A stretch of DNA of 64,000 nt from Eubacteriales bacterium. Its GTDB lineage: Bacteria; Bacillota; Clostridia; Oscillospirales; CAG-272. A program made the position numbers and the translations under genes. The DNA is taken from the NCBI GenBank assembly GCA_045632305.1, contig JAZQWL010000010.1, positions 3,399 to 67,398 on the forward strand, given 5' to 3'. Every line of letters begins with the position of its first letter. The stretch's first letter is position 1. The notes beneath the pieces were generated by a model, which worked only from the letters and a program-made list of their open reading frames with translations, had not been told where the DNA came from and did not search any database. This document shows positions 17,594 to 27,444 of this stretch, piece by piece.

Positions 17594-18331
17594 TTATTCC
17601 TCGCATCTGTCATCGGGGTTGTTTTCAAGCAGTATATCCTGTGAAAAATCCTCGTTCGATTCCTCAGCCGCCTTCTTTGCCGCCCTTTCAGCTGCCTTTT
17701 TTGCTTTTTTACTTGCCTTTTTATCCTCATCGGATAAGTCGTCGTTCTTTTTCTCTCCGCTTGCGTCATCGGGCAGAATTTCGCTTACGGTTTCCTTGAG
17801 AAGGGCCTTTGACATGCATTTGAAATAATCGGCAAGAGTTGAGAGGGAAAGGCAGAGAAGAAGTGTGTCAAGGGGCTCGTCAGGGGAGAGATCTCCTTGT
17901 CCCATAAGCTTTTCAGCGTTTTCCTGCGCGAGCTGTCGCGAGGTTTCCTTTGTCTTTATATAGCTTTCATACAACGTGTAGAGATCCTCGGCAGCACCCT
18001 CGCGCTTTTTATAAATGCAATCCATAATGCTTTTTATCTCAGCTATGGAAAGCGTGTTTTTAAGTGAGTTTGTAAGGAGGATCTGGATAATTTGCTCCTT
18101 ACTGTAGGTCTTACCCTTGAGCGGGGATATGAGCTCCGCCTTCGAGTAGTTGTTTACCATAGTTTTTGTCGGTATGCGATCCGAAAAAATTTCAGAGCCC
18201 TGCGCGGTTTTGTCCGATATGAGCTTGATGATCTGATCGAGATACAGATCGAGAGACGGAATCTCTTTTATCGACAAGTCGGCATCGTTTGTCGCCTGAA
18301 ACAGTATGGAGTTGATTTTCTCTTGGTTCAT
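17594..18331 (-). CDS. DUF1836-family protein with acidic/basic C-terminal tail
   Basis: N-terminal half resembles DUF1836 (LTKTM(V/I)NNY(S/T)K...SP.KGK.YSKEQI). Assignment made from memory. Confidence 0.55.
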   Translation of the reverse strand: MNQEKINSILFQATNDADLSIKEIPSLDLYLDQIIKLISDKTAQGSEIFSDRIPTKTMVNNYSKAELISPLKGKTYSKEQIIQILLTNSLKNTLSIAEIKSIMDCIYKKREGAAEDLYTLYESYIKTKETSRQLAQENAEKLMGQGDLSPDEPLDTLLLCLSLSTLADYFKCMSKALLKETVSEILPDDASGEKKNDDLSDEDKKASKKAKKAAERAAKKAAEESNEDFSQDILLENNPDDRCEE

Positions 18332-18430
18332 AAATCTGTATTTCCTCCAATGTTGACGAAATTAATTGTTACGTACTATTATAAACCATATTGAAAACTA
18401 ATTCAAGGGGTAGGAGAAAACTTTTTGTGT

Positions 18431-19576
18431 TTATTTGAAGAATTTTTCAATATTTTCTCTTGGAGCATTCGTGCTTCCCTGAATCATTTTTTCAGATCCG
18501 CCGCCGCGAGAAGACAGCTCGTCCTTCATTTTTGCGGCGATTTCGCGCATATTTACGCTATTTGAAGCCGCAATATATTTATAGCCGTCCTTGTCATTGC
18601 CCACAAAGCAAGCGCAGATACCACCGCATTTCTGCATAGCGGAGTTTACAAGCTCACGCGCGTCGTTTGTATCAAGGTCGTCCTCGAAAATGCAGATGTC
18701 CCCGTCGGTCTCATTGATTGAACCGAGCTTGTATGAGCGAAGCTCACGCTTTGCAAAATAAAGCTTTTCGCGGTAGCCGTCGATGGTTTCCGTAAGGCGA
18801 CGCGTCGCATCGAAAACCTCGTTTTGCTTTACCGAGAGCATATTTGAAATCGCCTTGCACTGATTATATTTTTCTCTGTAATCATAGAGCGCAGCCATGC
18901 CGCAAACAACGTTCAGACGCACGCCGCCCTTGTGTCTTATAAAGTCGAGAATTTTGATGATTCCGACCTCGCCCGTGTTGTAAACGTGGGGGGCGCAGCA
19001 AGCACAAATGTCCACACCGTCAATAACTACAAGGCGTGTATTTTCAAGGTTTTCAAGCTTTGAGCGGTAGGAAATACCTGCAAGCTCCTCGTCCGTCGGA
19101 TAGTAGCATTTTATGGGGTGGCATTCGTAGATCACGCGGTTTGCAAGCTCCTCGATCTCGTCGAGCTGCTCGCGTGTAAGCTCGCCTGAAAAATCTACCG
19201 TCATACCCTCGCGCGAGAGGTGAAAGCCCACGTTTTCGTAGCCGTATTTCTTATGTACCAATCCTGAAATTATATGCTCGCCCGTGTGGTTCTGCATATT
19301 GTAATAACGGTGGGAGAAGTCGATTTCACCGTGAACGGTTGAGCCGACCGTAAGTGGCGCGTCGCAGACGTGGAAGATTTTACCCGCGCGTTCAACTACG
19401 TTTTCAACTTTCGCATCTCCGAGAGCACCGACGTCGCTCGTCTGTCCGCCCTCATTTGGGAAAAATGCAGTCTTGTCAAGAAGAATTTCGTATTTTCCGT
19501 CTGTTAAATCACATGAAATTACCTCTGCGTCAAAGGAGCAGAGCTTTGAATCTTTGTCAAATAATCTTTCTGTCAT
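18431..19576 (-). CDS. alaX: alanyl-tRNA editing protein AlaX-L (editing domain + DHHA1)
   Basis: HTGEHI and CCAPHV zinc motifs of the AlaRS editing domain, plus C-terminal GGGS (DHHA1). Start set at ATG 19576, because the ORF upstream of it overlaps a terminator. Confidence 0.75.
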   Translation of the reverse strand: MTERLFDKDSKLCSFDAEVISCDLTDGKYEILLDKTAFFPNEGGQTSDVGALGDAKVENVVERAGKIFHVCDAPLTVGSTVHGEIDFSHRYYNMQNHTGEHIISGLVHKKYGYENVGFHLSREGMTVDFSGELTREQLDEIEELANRVIYECHPIKCYYPTDEELAGISYRSKLENLENTRLVVIDGVDICACCAPHVYNTGEVGIIKILDFIRHKGGVRLNVVCGMAALYDYREKYNQCKAISNMLSVKQNEVFDATRRLTETIDGYREKLYFAKRELRSYKLGSINETDGDICIFEDDLDTNDARELVNSAMQKCGGICACFVGNDKDGYKYIAASNSVNMREIAAKMKDELSSRGGGSEKMIQGSTNAPRENIEKFFK

Positions 19577-19580
19577 ATTT

Positions 19581-19614
19581 TTAAAAAGTGAGGTGTTGCG
19601 GGTGCAACACCTCA
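19581..19614 (-). terminator. intrinsic terminator after the glycoside hydrolase gene
   Basis: 11-bp stem TGAGGTGTTGC/GCAACACCTCA followed (minus sense) by CTTTTT. Confidence 0.65.
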
Positions 19615-19628
19615 AAGTGTTTTTATTT

Positions 19629-22355
19629 TCAGATAAGGGATGTATGTACGAAGCTGTACTTCTTTGTAAAGCATCCACCGTGGAAGCCGTTCCAGAGGCA
19701 ACCCTCATCATAGAAGCAAGGAGGAGCAACGGAAAGAAGCTCTCCTGCGGGATGGTGGTGGGGACCTAAGAGGTTACGGAGGTTGTTTACAAGAGTAATC
19801 TCGATTTCGTTTTCGCCAACTACGAGGTATTCGGAGAGATCAACGGAGAAGGGAGCCCAGAGAACCTTGGCTACGAGCTTGCCGTTAACCTTAACTCTAA
19901 CCGCATTTACGCCGCGACGAATAAATTCGAACTTGTAATCTGTGGAATCGAGGTTGAACTTCTTATTAAGTGTAAGCTCGCCTGCGAAGAAGGGGAAGCC
20001 CTGCTTTTCGATCTCGTGGAGAGTAACCGTCTTCTTGGGAGCGTCAACTGTGAACTTGCCGTCGAAGTGAACTGCGTAGCCGGGAGTGTCAACGAAGCTG
20101 CCGTCCATACGAACGGAGAAGTCACCTACAAGGTACATAGCTTCGATTTCCATATCGTATGTGAGCTTGTTCTTTTCGGATTCGAAAATCTTGGACTTTT
20201 CCATGTTTTCGTAAACCTCGGGTGACTGAACGAAGTGAGTATAGAGCTCAATTACGTTTTCACCTGTTGTCATATAACCCGAAACGTCGAGCTTTCTGAA
20301 TGCGATATCGCGGAAGTAACCGCAATCACGCTGCTCAAGCTCGCGACCGTTGATAACGATCTTGAATATCTCGGGAGTTTCGCAAGCCAAGTAAAGCTCT
20401 GCGGGAACGTAGTCCATATTTACCTTGAATGCACACTTGATATCAACAGGGCGACCGAGTGCGTAAGCACGTGATGCAACGTTGAGAATGTAGCCGTCCT
20501 CCTGCTGAAGCTCACCGTCGAACCAGTAGTCGCAGAAGTCGAGCGTAAGCGCGTTTTCGGTAGCGTTCTTTACGTTCCATTCGCCCTCAAGGGAGATGGG
20601 AGCAAGTGTCTTTTCTTCCTTCTTTTCGGACTTTTTCGTACCGTCCTCAATAACGATAAGAGAACCGTACTGAGGGAATGTATATTCGCCGCAGAAGTCG
20701 ATCTTCTCACTTGTTACAATATCAATAGCGTAGCTGCCGCGTGTAATAACTGCCTTTTCCTCGGACTCGTTTGTGTTAACAAAATAGTGCATTGTGAAAT
20801 CAGGGAATTCACGTGTTGTGTATGTGATCTTGGGATTGTCGATAATATCGTTTGCCTCAAGCTCGTCAACGGACTCAACGATGCGTCCGCCCTGTGCCTT
20901 AAATTCAGCAAGAAGCTTTTCGGTGTTTTCAAGATACATGTGGTGGCGAGGAGTTACAACTGTGTCGTATTCCATTTCACCAATAATGAGCTTGCCACCT
21001 TCAACGCGACCGTGTCTTTCCATCATGATCTCGTCACCGAAGTGGAAAGGAATGTGCTTTGCTTCGAGCTTCATCATTGCCTCAACCTGTACTATGTTGT
21101 AGAAGTCAAGACCGGGATTGGCCGCATTGTCGAAGCATACCCAAGCGGAGGTCATGTTGTGCATGCAGAGAGTGTTTACCTTCACCTTACCTTCAGCGAG
21201 GAGCATACCGACTCTAGACATAGCGTCGTTGAATTCACGGTAGTCTGCCCACCAGGGCTGCTGGCAATACATTGCCGGAGGATAGTCTCTCTTGCGGATA
21301 CCGCGGAGGGAATAGCCCTCAAGGTGCTGGCAGAGGAGGTTGATACCGCGTACCATCATCCATTCGTAGTTTCTCTTGAGCTCGTCAAAGCCAACGTTGT
21401 GACCGCAAAGAGCGAATGTTTCGGAGAGGATCTGCTTTTTTCCTGTCTGCGCGGCAACGGATGCTACCTGATAGTGTGTAAAGCAGGGGAAGATATTACG
21501 TCCGAGCCAGTCCATACCGGGGATGTCCATGTACTCATAGTGAGGCATGCATGCGCCGTTGGAGATAAGCTGACAGCCGAGGTTTTCTTCAAGAACCAAG
21601 TGACCTGTGAACTTGAGGTTATGCGCGTGGCACCATTCGTAGATCTGCTTGTTGAACGCTTCGGAGAAGAGCTCTGTGATAAGCTTCCAGAACTTAACTC
21701 TTGCCTGAGGGAAGCCGTCCTTCTGGATATAGAGCTTGGGAAGGATCTCGTAGATGCTCTCGCCGTACGCCGCCTCGTATGCTGCGGGGAGAGTCAAGCT
21801 CCACGGAATGCCGTTTCTTGAGATCTGGGGCTCGTCCGTGAAGAAGCCGTCGAACTCAGAGCCGTATCTTGCATAATAGGGCTCGTAAATTTCATTTATA
21901 AAGTCTGCGATAACCTCTTTGTCGAGCGTGTCAACGTAGAAGGGGTTAACGTCATAGTAGAAGCAATATTCGTCATCAATGTGGATGATGCGGTGCTCGG
22001 GGATATTGGATCTGTCAGCGTCCTTAGGCATGTAGCGAAGATACTTCTGCCAGTATTTCTCACCCTTACCGTTTACAAGACCGCCGCCGAAGCCGGAGGG
22101 CCAGCCGTTTTCATCGTATGCCCACGCGTGCATGCCTCTTTCCTTTGCGTCCTCAACACAAGCGGTAACGTTTTCGAACCATTCCTCACCCATGTATTCT
22201 GTCTGAAGACCGCCTCGAGCGTGCATAAAGTAACCGCCGATGCCAACCTCATCCATCATCTTTGTCTGACGGAGAGTTTCGTCAACCGTGAGCTTTTCGT
22301 TCCAAGACCAGAAGGGCACAGGACGGTATTTTTTGTCAACATTCTTAAAATCCAT
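19629..22355 (-). CDS. large putative glycoside hydrolase (GH106-like / jelly-roll glycosylhydrolase-like family; family uncertain)
   Basis: 908 aa. N-terminus RPVPFWSWNEKL...GIGGYFMHARGGL is typical of this uncharacterised GH group. No signal peptide. Confidence 0.55.
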   Translation of the reverse strand: MDFKNVDKKYRPVPFWSWNEKLTVDETLRQTKMMDEVGIGGYFMHARGGLQTEYMGEEWFENVTACVEDAKERGMHAWAYDENGWPSGFGGGLVNGKGEKYWQKYLRYMPKDADRSNIPEHRIIHIDDEYCFYYDVNPFYVDTLDKEVIADFINEIYEPYYARYGSEFDGFFTDEPQISRNGIPWSLTLPAAYEAAYGESIYEILPKLYIQKDGFPQARVKFWKLITELFSEAFNKQIYEWCHAHNLKFTGHLVLEENLGCQLISNGACMPHYEYMDIPGMDWLGRNIFPCFTHYQVASVAAQTGKKQILSETFALCGHNVGFDELKRNYEWMMVRGINLLCQHLEGYSLRGIRKRDYPPAMYCQQPWWADYREFNDAMSRVGMLLAEGKVKVNTLCMHNMTSAWVCFDNAANPGLDFYNIVQVEAMMKLEAKHIPFHFGDEIMMERHGRVEGGKLIIGEMEYDTVVTPRHHMYLENTEKLLAEFKAQGGRIVESVDELEANDIIDNPKITYTTREFPDFTMHYFVNTNESEEKAVITRGSYAIDIVTSEKIDFCGEYTFPQYGSLIVIEDGTKKSEKKEEKTLAPISLEGEWNVKNATENALTLDFCDYWFDGELQQEDGYILNVASRAYALGRPVDIKCAFKVNMDYVPAELYLACETPEIFKIVINGRELEQRDCGYFRDIAFRKLDVSGYMTTGENVIELYTHFVQSPEVYENMEKSKIFESEKNKLTYDMEIEAMYLVGDFSVRMDGSFVDTPGYAVHFDGKFTVDAPKKTVTLHEIEKQGFPFFAGELTLNKKFNLDSTDYKFEFIRRGVNAVRVKVNGKLVAKVLWAPFSVDLSEYLVVGENEIEITLVNNLRNLLGPHHHPAGELLSVAPPCFYDEGCLWNGFHGGCFTKKYSFVHTSLI

Positions 22356-22517
22356 CTCGATCTCCTTTATTTGAATGAATTTGTTTTTTTGTTTAAAATT
22401 GGCACAATATACCGCTTATAATTATACAACACGGATATGTGCTTTGTCAATATTTTTATATATAAATTTCCTTGATTTGCAAGAAAATCGGGCAGCTTTG
22501 ACAGCCGCCCGACGGGT

Positions 22518-23042
22518 TTAGGTGTTGAAGTAATCAAGGTGCGCGAAATTGATCTGCTCAGCAAGCAGATTCCAGGTTTTTTTGTCTACGTTTCCTGTGG
22601 GGATAATTCCATTTTTTTCCTGAAATTTTCGAACTGCGCGGGCAGTTTCCTCGCCGAATTTTCGGTCGATTTCTACCTCTCCGAAGTCGTAGTAGGCGTC
22701 AAGTGAGTCTAAGATCATCTGAATGATCCCGACACCGTAGCCGACGTCCCCGACCTTGTAAAAGAAGCCGTCGGGACGCGCGGGGAACACCAGAAGTCCT
22801 TCAGCTATAGAGTTTTCATCGACTGATTCAAGATATTTCAGATACAGAAGATCCCACGTTTTTCTGTCTGCTATGCCGTTTGGCGTAAGCTCGTATTTTC
22901 TTTGAAAGGCGCGCAAGGCATCGCGTGTGCGCTCCTCAAAAATTCCGTCGATCACCACCTTCGGAATGTCGTTGTCGTGGTAAGCAAGCTGCCTTAGGTA
23001 CGTCTGCAGCATAATGGTCGCTTCTCGGTTATTTTGTCTCAT
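22518..23042 (-). CDS. peptidoglycan-binding (PG_binding_1) repeat protein
   Basis: Two LRxFQxxxGLxPxGxxDxxTW-type repeats. Confidence 0.7.
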   Translation of the reverse strand: MRQNNREATIMLQTYLRQLAYHDNDIPKVVIDGIFEERTRDALRAFQRKYELTPNGIADRKTWDLLYLKYLESVDENSIAEGLLVFPARPDGFFYKVGDVGYGVGIIQMILDSLDAYYDFGEVEIDRKFGEETARAVRKFQEKNGIIPTGNVDKKTWNLLAEQINFAHLDYFNT

Positions 23043-23056
23043 TTCTTACCTCCAAA

Positions 23057-24451
23057 TCACTGTGGCGCAAAGCCGGGGTACTGTCCCTCGTTAAGTCGTG
23101 TCCCGTTGTAAAGATCACTGTAAAGTCGCGCTATTTCAAGCCAAGTTACAGGCCCTACGATACCGTTCGGCTCAAGCCCGAAAAGTGTTTGCGCCGCCTT
23201 GACTGCATTTTCGGTCTGATATCCGAAATAGCCCGTGGGATTTAGGGGCGGGATCTCGGAATAATACTGGGAGATATAACGCAGATATTCCTGCAGCACA
23301 CGAACGTCCTCGGATTCGATACCCACCCGCAAAAATACGCCCGGGAATGGGATAGCGTTGCCCTCGGTATACTTTACGGGAATGGTGTTTACAATGCCGA
23401 GATACGCGTCGTAGATGGCGTTCCAGGTCGCTTCTCCGACCACTCCGTCGGGGGTAAGCCCGAAGGTGTTTTGAGCGGAAATTACTGAGCTTCTCGTTCC
23501 TTCACCGAACACGCCGTCAATGGCGGTAGGCGTTATTGTATCGTAGAATTGCGATATGTACGCAAGGTAATATTGAAGCGAAGAAACACCGATTCCCGTG
23601 TCGCCAAGCTGCAGAGTCGAGGGGAACTGATTTGTCACTTCCTCAAGTGCAATTCCCTCGGAGCTTACGTCGTTGAGTCGCTTTACGCTTGCGTAAATTT
23701 TCTGGATCTCGTACCACGTCGCCTTGCCGATGATCCCGTCGGGTGTGAGATTGAAAATGCGTTGGAATTCCTTTACGGCTTCCTCGGTGTCAAACGAGAA
23801 GATACCGTACGGAGCGGGTATTTTCGGGATCGCGGGGAAGTTGTCGGATATACGATTCAGCCGTATTTGAATGCGGCGCACATTGTCGCCCGTATCTCCA
23901 AGCTGCAGGGGGAAACGAGGGTAGCTTTGAGTTACTCCGCGTATCTCGTCCGCCTCCGCGATGTTTATATCGTCGCCGTAGTAATATTGCAGAATTTCGT
24001 ATGGGGTAAGTCCTCGTTCGGCAAGATCGACAGAGCCCCATTGAGAAAGTCCGTTGCACGTGACCTCGATCCCGTCGCAGTAGGTCGCAAAGAGCGGTTC
24101 GACGTTGTTCCCGCGCACAATGTAGTTGTCGAAAATTTCGTTTACAATCTCGCTTACATTGGAGAAAATATCCCTGCCGTTGACAAATGATTGGTCGATC
24201 GCGATGGAATTCGTAATGTCGAAATCGTATCCGCGTGAGCGGTAGTATTCGGTGTAGATTCTGTTGAGCGCAAAGGAAATCTGCGCGTAAATATTCGCTC
24301 TCAGCGCGCTCTCGGGCCATGTCGGATATATCTCGCTTGATGCGACGTTTGCTATGTAGTCCGCAAAGGGGAGGGTAACGTTTTGCGCGTTTGAATCGGG
24401 AGGGCCGAGGTGAACGGTCACAAATTCGGGAATGTACGGTGTATTGGGCAT
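23057..24451 (-). CDS. sleC: SleC-like spore cortex-lytic enzyme (catalytic region + three PG-binding repeats)
   Basis: The block DYIANVASSEIYPTWPESALRANIYAQISFALNRIYTEYYRSRGYDFDIT closely resembles Clostridial SleC as I remember it. PG_binding_1 repeats follow. Confidence 0.7.
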   Translation of the reverse strand: MPNTPYIPEFVTVHLGPPDSNAQNVTLPFADYIANVASSEIYPTWPESALRANIYAQISFALNRIYTEYYRSRGYDFDITNSIAIDQSFVNGRDIFSNVSEIVNEIFDNYIVRGNNVEPLFATYCDGIEVTCNGLSQWGSVDLAERGLTPYEILQYYYGDDINIAEADEIRGVTQSYPRFPLQLGDTGDNVRRIQIRLNRISDNFPAIPKIPAPYGIFSFDTEEAVKEFQRIFNLTPDGIIGKATWYEIQKIYASVKRLNDVSSEGIALEEVTNQFPSTLQLGDTGIGVSSLQYYLAYISQFYDTITPTAIDGVFGEGTRSSVISAQNTFGLTPDGVVGEATWNAIYDAYLGIVNTIPVKYTEGNAIPFPGVFLRVGIESEDVRVLQEYLRYISQYYSEIPPLNPTGYFGYQTENAVKAAQTLFGLEPNGIVGPVTWLEIARLYSDLYNGTRLNEGQYPGFAPQ

Positions 24452-24466
24452 AAAAACCTCCGTTTC

Positions 24467-24913
24467 TTATTCGAGATTTGAGTTTTCGGTCTCGTAAAAT
24501 CTTGAATCGAGCGTTCCGTCCGAGCCGTTTTCCGAAAGGGGAATAAGATCGACGTTCTGTATCGCCGTGATACCGTCAAAGATGGGTACGTTTACGTAAT
24601 ATTGATTGTAAAATCCGTCGTATTGCGCGTCAATATTGTACGTGGTGTAGGACTTTCCGTTTCCGGGCGAGAGAGAAGAGGAGCGGGGAGGTGCGGGAAG
24701 AGGGATCTTATCCGTCCTTCCCGAGGAATTGGTTTTTGAGGTAATGATAAGGGAGCCGTTTTCCCCACCGTTTTCATAGTTGAAAATTCTCACGGTCGCG
24801 CCCGTGATCGGTATTGCGCCGCGCGCGGTCGTAACGCTTACGATAACGTATCCGACGCCCGTGTTTTTCATTTCTGCCGTGAGATCCTGTTCGGAATTTT
24901 TCTTACTGATCAT
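24467..24913 (-). CDS. protein resembling the N-terminal pre/pro region of SleC (carboxypeptidase-regulatory-like fold), encoded as a separate ORF
   Basis: VSVTTARGAIPITGATVRIF...SSGRTDKIPLPAP parallels the SleC N-terminus. Its own stop is followed by GGAGG and the ATG of the next gene. Confidence 0.55.
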   Translation of the reverse strand: MISKKNSEQDLTAEMKNTGVGYVIVSVTTARGAIPITGATVRIFNYENGGENGSLIITSKTNSSGRTDKIPLPAPPRSSSLSPGNGKSYTTYNIDAQYDGFYNQYYVNVPIFDGITAIQNVDLIPLSENGSDGTLDSRFYETENSNLE

Positions 24914-25137
24914 AAATTCTGCCTTTCGTAAAAGTTTGCTTTATTAGTTGTATATGCGTATCGGGATGTAATGTTTCGCTTCATTTTCCCACTTTGTGGG
25001 AAAGCGTGCTCGAAAAATGTAAAAAAATCTTAAAAAAATGCGGGAAAAAGGCATTTTGTTCACAAATTAAACATTAATTTCGCTATATATTATGATATAA
25101 TAATTATAACTATCTATTTAAGGCGAGGCATGTCCCT

Positions 25138-25974
25138 ATGGGAAAAACGTACGACAAACAAAATCTTAAAAGTGCATATAGATTTTCGATAATTGCGATC
25201 TTCGTGTTTTACGCGTTGTATTTAGTTACCGTTCCGATACTGCTCGGCGTGAATGCGGACGCCGCGTATAAAAACACTCTGATCCCTCAGCTTGTAAAGC
25301 TTATGGGAAAGATATTCGAGGTGTGCGGTATAGCGGTTATTTATGCGATCTCCATTTTCTCGGTTTACAGACGCGGCAGAGCGGGAATCGGCTCGGGATA
25401 TCTTCTGTGCGGTATTACCGCGCTTGTGAAGTGTCTTTTCGCGCAGACGGTGTATTGGCTTGTAAGCGGTGGAATTCCCGCGTTCAACAACGGACTTATC
25501 GGCGAGCTTATCTGGCTTGTGGTATTGCCCGCCGTGCTTGAGCTTGCGCAGTTTACGGTTTTCTTTATGATCGCCGCAAGAAGGATACTTAATTACCGAC
25601 GCGGGTATGAGATCGGTCGCGACGCGGCAAGGTCGAAGGGTGCGGAATATCCTTCCATCGATACGTGGGTATATCCGTTTGACGGAGCGTTTGACTTTAA
25701 AAACCCCTTGCTTTTCGGAGGGCTTGTCGGAGGATTTGTTATCACGGTATCGAAGGTTGTGCTCTCGATCCTTGAGGAGATCGATATGGCGATAAACGGT
25801 CTTGTAATCAAAAATGCAGGCGATCTGCTTTTGTCGGTCGGCGGCTTTGTAAGCGACTTTGCGTGCGGAATTCTGGCGTACACGGTAATTGTTTTTGTAA
25901 TAATCAAAGCGTTCGATCTTAACGGAAAAAATAAGAAAGAATCATCAAAGGAGAATAATCATGAAGGACATTAA
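25138..25974 (+). CDS. hypothetical polytopic membrane protein
   Basis: 278 aa with about 6 hydrophobic helices. No family recognised. Confidence 0.5.
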   Translation: MGKTYDKQNLKSAYRFSIIAIFVFYALYLVTVPILLGVNADAAYKNTLIPQLVKLMGKIFEVCGIAVIYAISIFSVYRRGRAGIGSGYLLCGITALVKCLFAQTVYWLVSGGIPAFNNGLIGELIWLVVLPAVLELAQFTVFFMIAARRILNYRRGYEIGRDAARSKGAEYPSIDTWVYPFDGAFDFKNPLLFGGLVGGFVITVSKVVLSILEEIDMAINGLVIKNAGDLLLSVGGFVSDFACGILAYTVIVFVIIKAFDLNGKNKKESSKENNHEGH

Positions 25975-27400
25975 AAGAAATCTTACAATGCTTACGGACT
26001 TTTACGAGCTTACGATGAGCAACGGATATTTTCTTTGTGGAATAAAGGACAGAATAGTTTATTTCGACGTGTTTTACAGAAATAATCCCGACGGCAGCGG
26101 ATATGCCGTTGCGGCAGGACTTGAGCATGTCGTTGAATACGTTCAGGATCTTAAGTTTGATGATGAGGATATTGCATATCTTCGCTCCAAAAAGCTTTTC
26201 TCTGAGGAATTCCTTGAGTATCTCAGAACGTTTAAATTTACGGGAGACATGTGGGCAATTCCCGAAGGAACGATAGTTTTCCCAGGCGAGCCGCTTATCA
26301 CCGTTCGCGCTCCTGCCATTGAGGCGCAGTTTATCGAGACGTTTATTCTCATGGTTATAAATCACGAGTCGCTTATCGCGACAAAGGCGGCAAGAATCAC
26401 AAGAGCCGCAAAGGGACGCGCGGTTTCCGAGTTCGGCTCCCGTCGCGCGCAGGGTGCGGATGCGGCGATGTACGGCGCAAGAAGTGCGTATATCGGCGGA
26501 TGTAATTCCACGGCGTGCGCGATTTCCGACGAGATATTCGGAGTTCCCGCAACGGGTACTATGGCTCATGCGTGGGTGCAGATGTTTGATACCGAGTATG
26601 AGGCGTTCAAGACCTATTGCGAGATATATCCCAATAACGCAACGCTTCTCGTTGACACCTACAACGTAATTGAGTCGGGTGTTCCGAATGCTATTCGCGT
26701 ATTCAACGAGGTATTGAAGCCCCGCGGAATTGAGAATTGCGGTATTCGAATCGACTCGGGTGATATAACTTATCTTTCGAAAAAGGTAAGAAAGATGCTT
26801 GACGATGCGGGCTGGACGAAGTGCAAGATCATAGTTTCCAACTCGCTTGACGAATACATAATAAGAGAGCTCATCCGTCAGGGCGCGGAGGTTGACGCGT
26901 TCGGCGTGGGCGAGCGTCTTATCACATCAAAGAGCCATCCTGTTTTCGGAGCGGTTTATAAGCTTTGCGCTATTGAGGACGGGGAGGGTAACGTTATCCC
27001 CAAGATCAAGATAAGCGAAAACGTAGGAAAGATCACGACGCCCCATTTCAAGAAGGTATACAGACTTCGCGGAAGAGACACGGGCAAGGCGGAGGCAGAC
27101 CTTATCTGTCTTTACGATGAGACGGTTGACGATACAAAGCCCATCGAGATATTCGATCCCGAGCATACCTGGAAGAGAAAGGTTATTGACAATTTTGTGG
27201 CGGAGGAGCTTCTTGTCAAGGTGTTTGACAAAGGTCAGCTTTGCTACAAGCTTCCCACTCTTGAGGAGATCCGCGCGCATCATAAGGCGGAGATCGAGGG
27301 CATGTGGGACGAGGTAAAGAGATTTACAAATCCTCACAACTATTACGTTGACCTCTCCGAAAAGCTCTGGGATATCAAGTATAAGATGCTCAGAAGATAA
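25961..27400 (+). CDS. pncB: nicotinate phosphoribosyltransferase
   Basis: LTDFYELTMSNGYF N-terminus, GTMAHAWVQ motif, 479 aa. Confidence 0.85.
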   Translation: MKDIKRNLTMLTDFYELTMSNGYFLCGIKDRIVYFDVFYRNNPDGSGYAVAAGLEHVVEYVQDLKFDDEDIAYLRSKKLFSEEFLEYLRTFKFTGDMWAIPEGTIVFPGEPLITVRAPAIEAQFIETFILMVINHESLIATKAARITRAAKGRAVSEFGSRRAQGADAAMYGARSAYIGGCNSTACAISDEIFGVPATGTMAHAWVQMFDTEYEAFKTYCEIYPNNATLLVDTYNVIESGVPNAIRVFNEVLKPRGIENCGIRIDSGDITYLSKKVRKMLDDAGWTKCKIIVSNSLDEYIIRELIRQGAEVDAFGVGERLITSKSHPVFGAVYKLCAIEDGEGNVIPKIKISENVGKITTPHFKKVYRLRGRDTGKAEADLICLYDETVDDTKPIEIFDPEHTWKRKVIDNFVAEELLVKVFDKGQLCYKLPTLEEIRAHHKAEIEGMWDEVKRFTNPHNYYVDLSEKLWDIKYKMLRR

Positions 27401-27444
27401 TTTTTGTTTGCGCTTCAGTTTAATTTTTTGAAAGGTGTAATAAA

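Noticed and set aside
20787-21821. 344-aa plus-strand ORF inside the glycoside hydrolase gene.
   Set aside because: It is an antisense shadow ORF of a 908-aa gene with clear protein-like sequence, and it shows no motifs.
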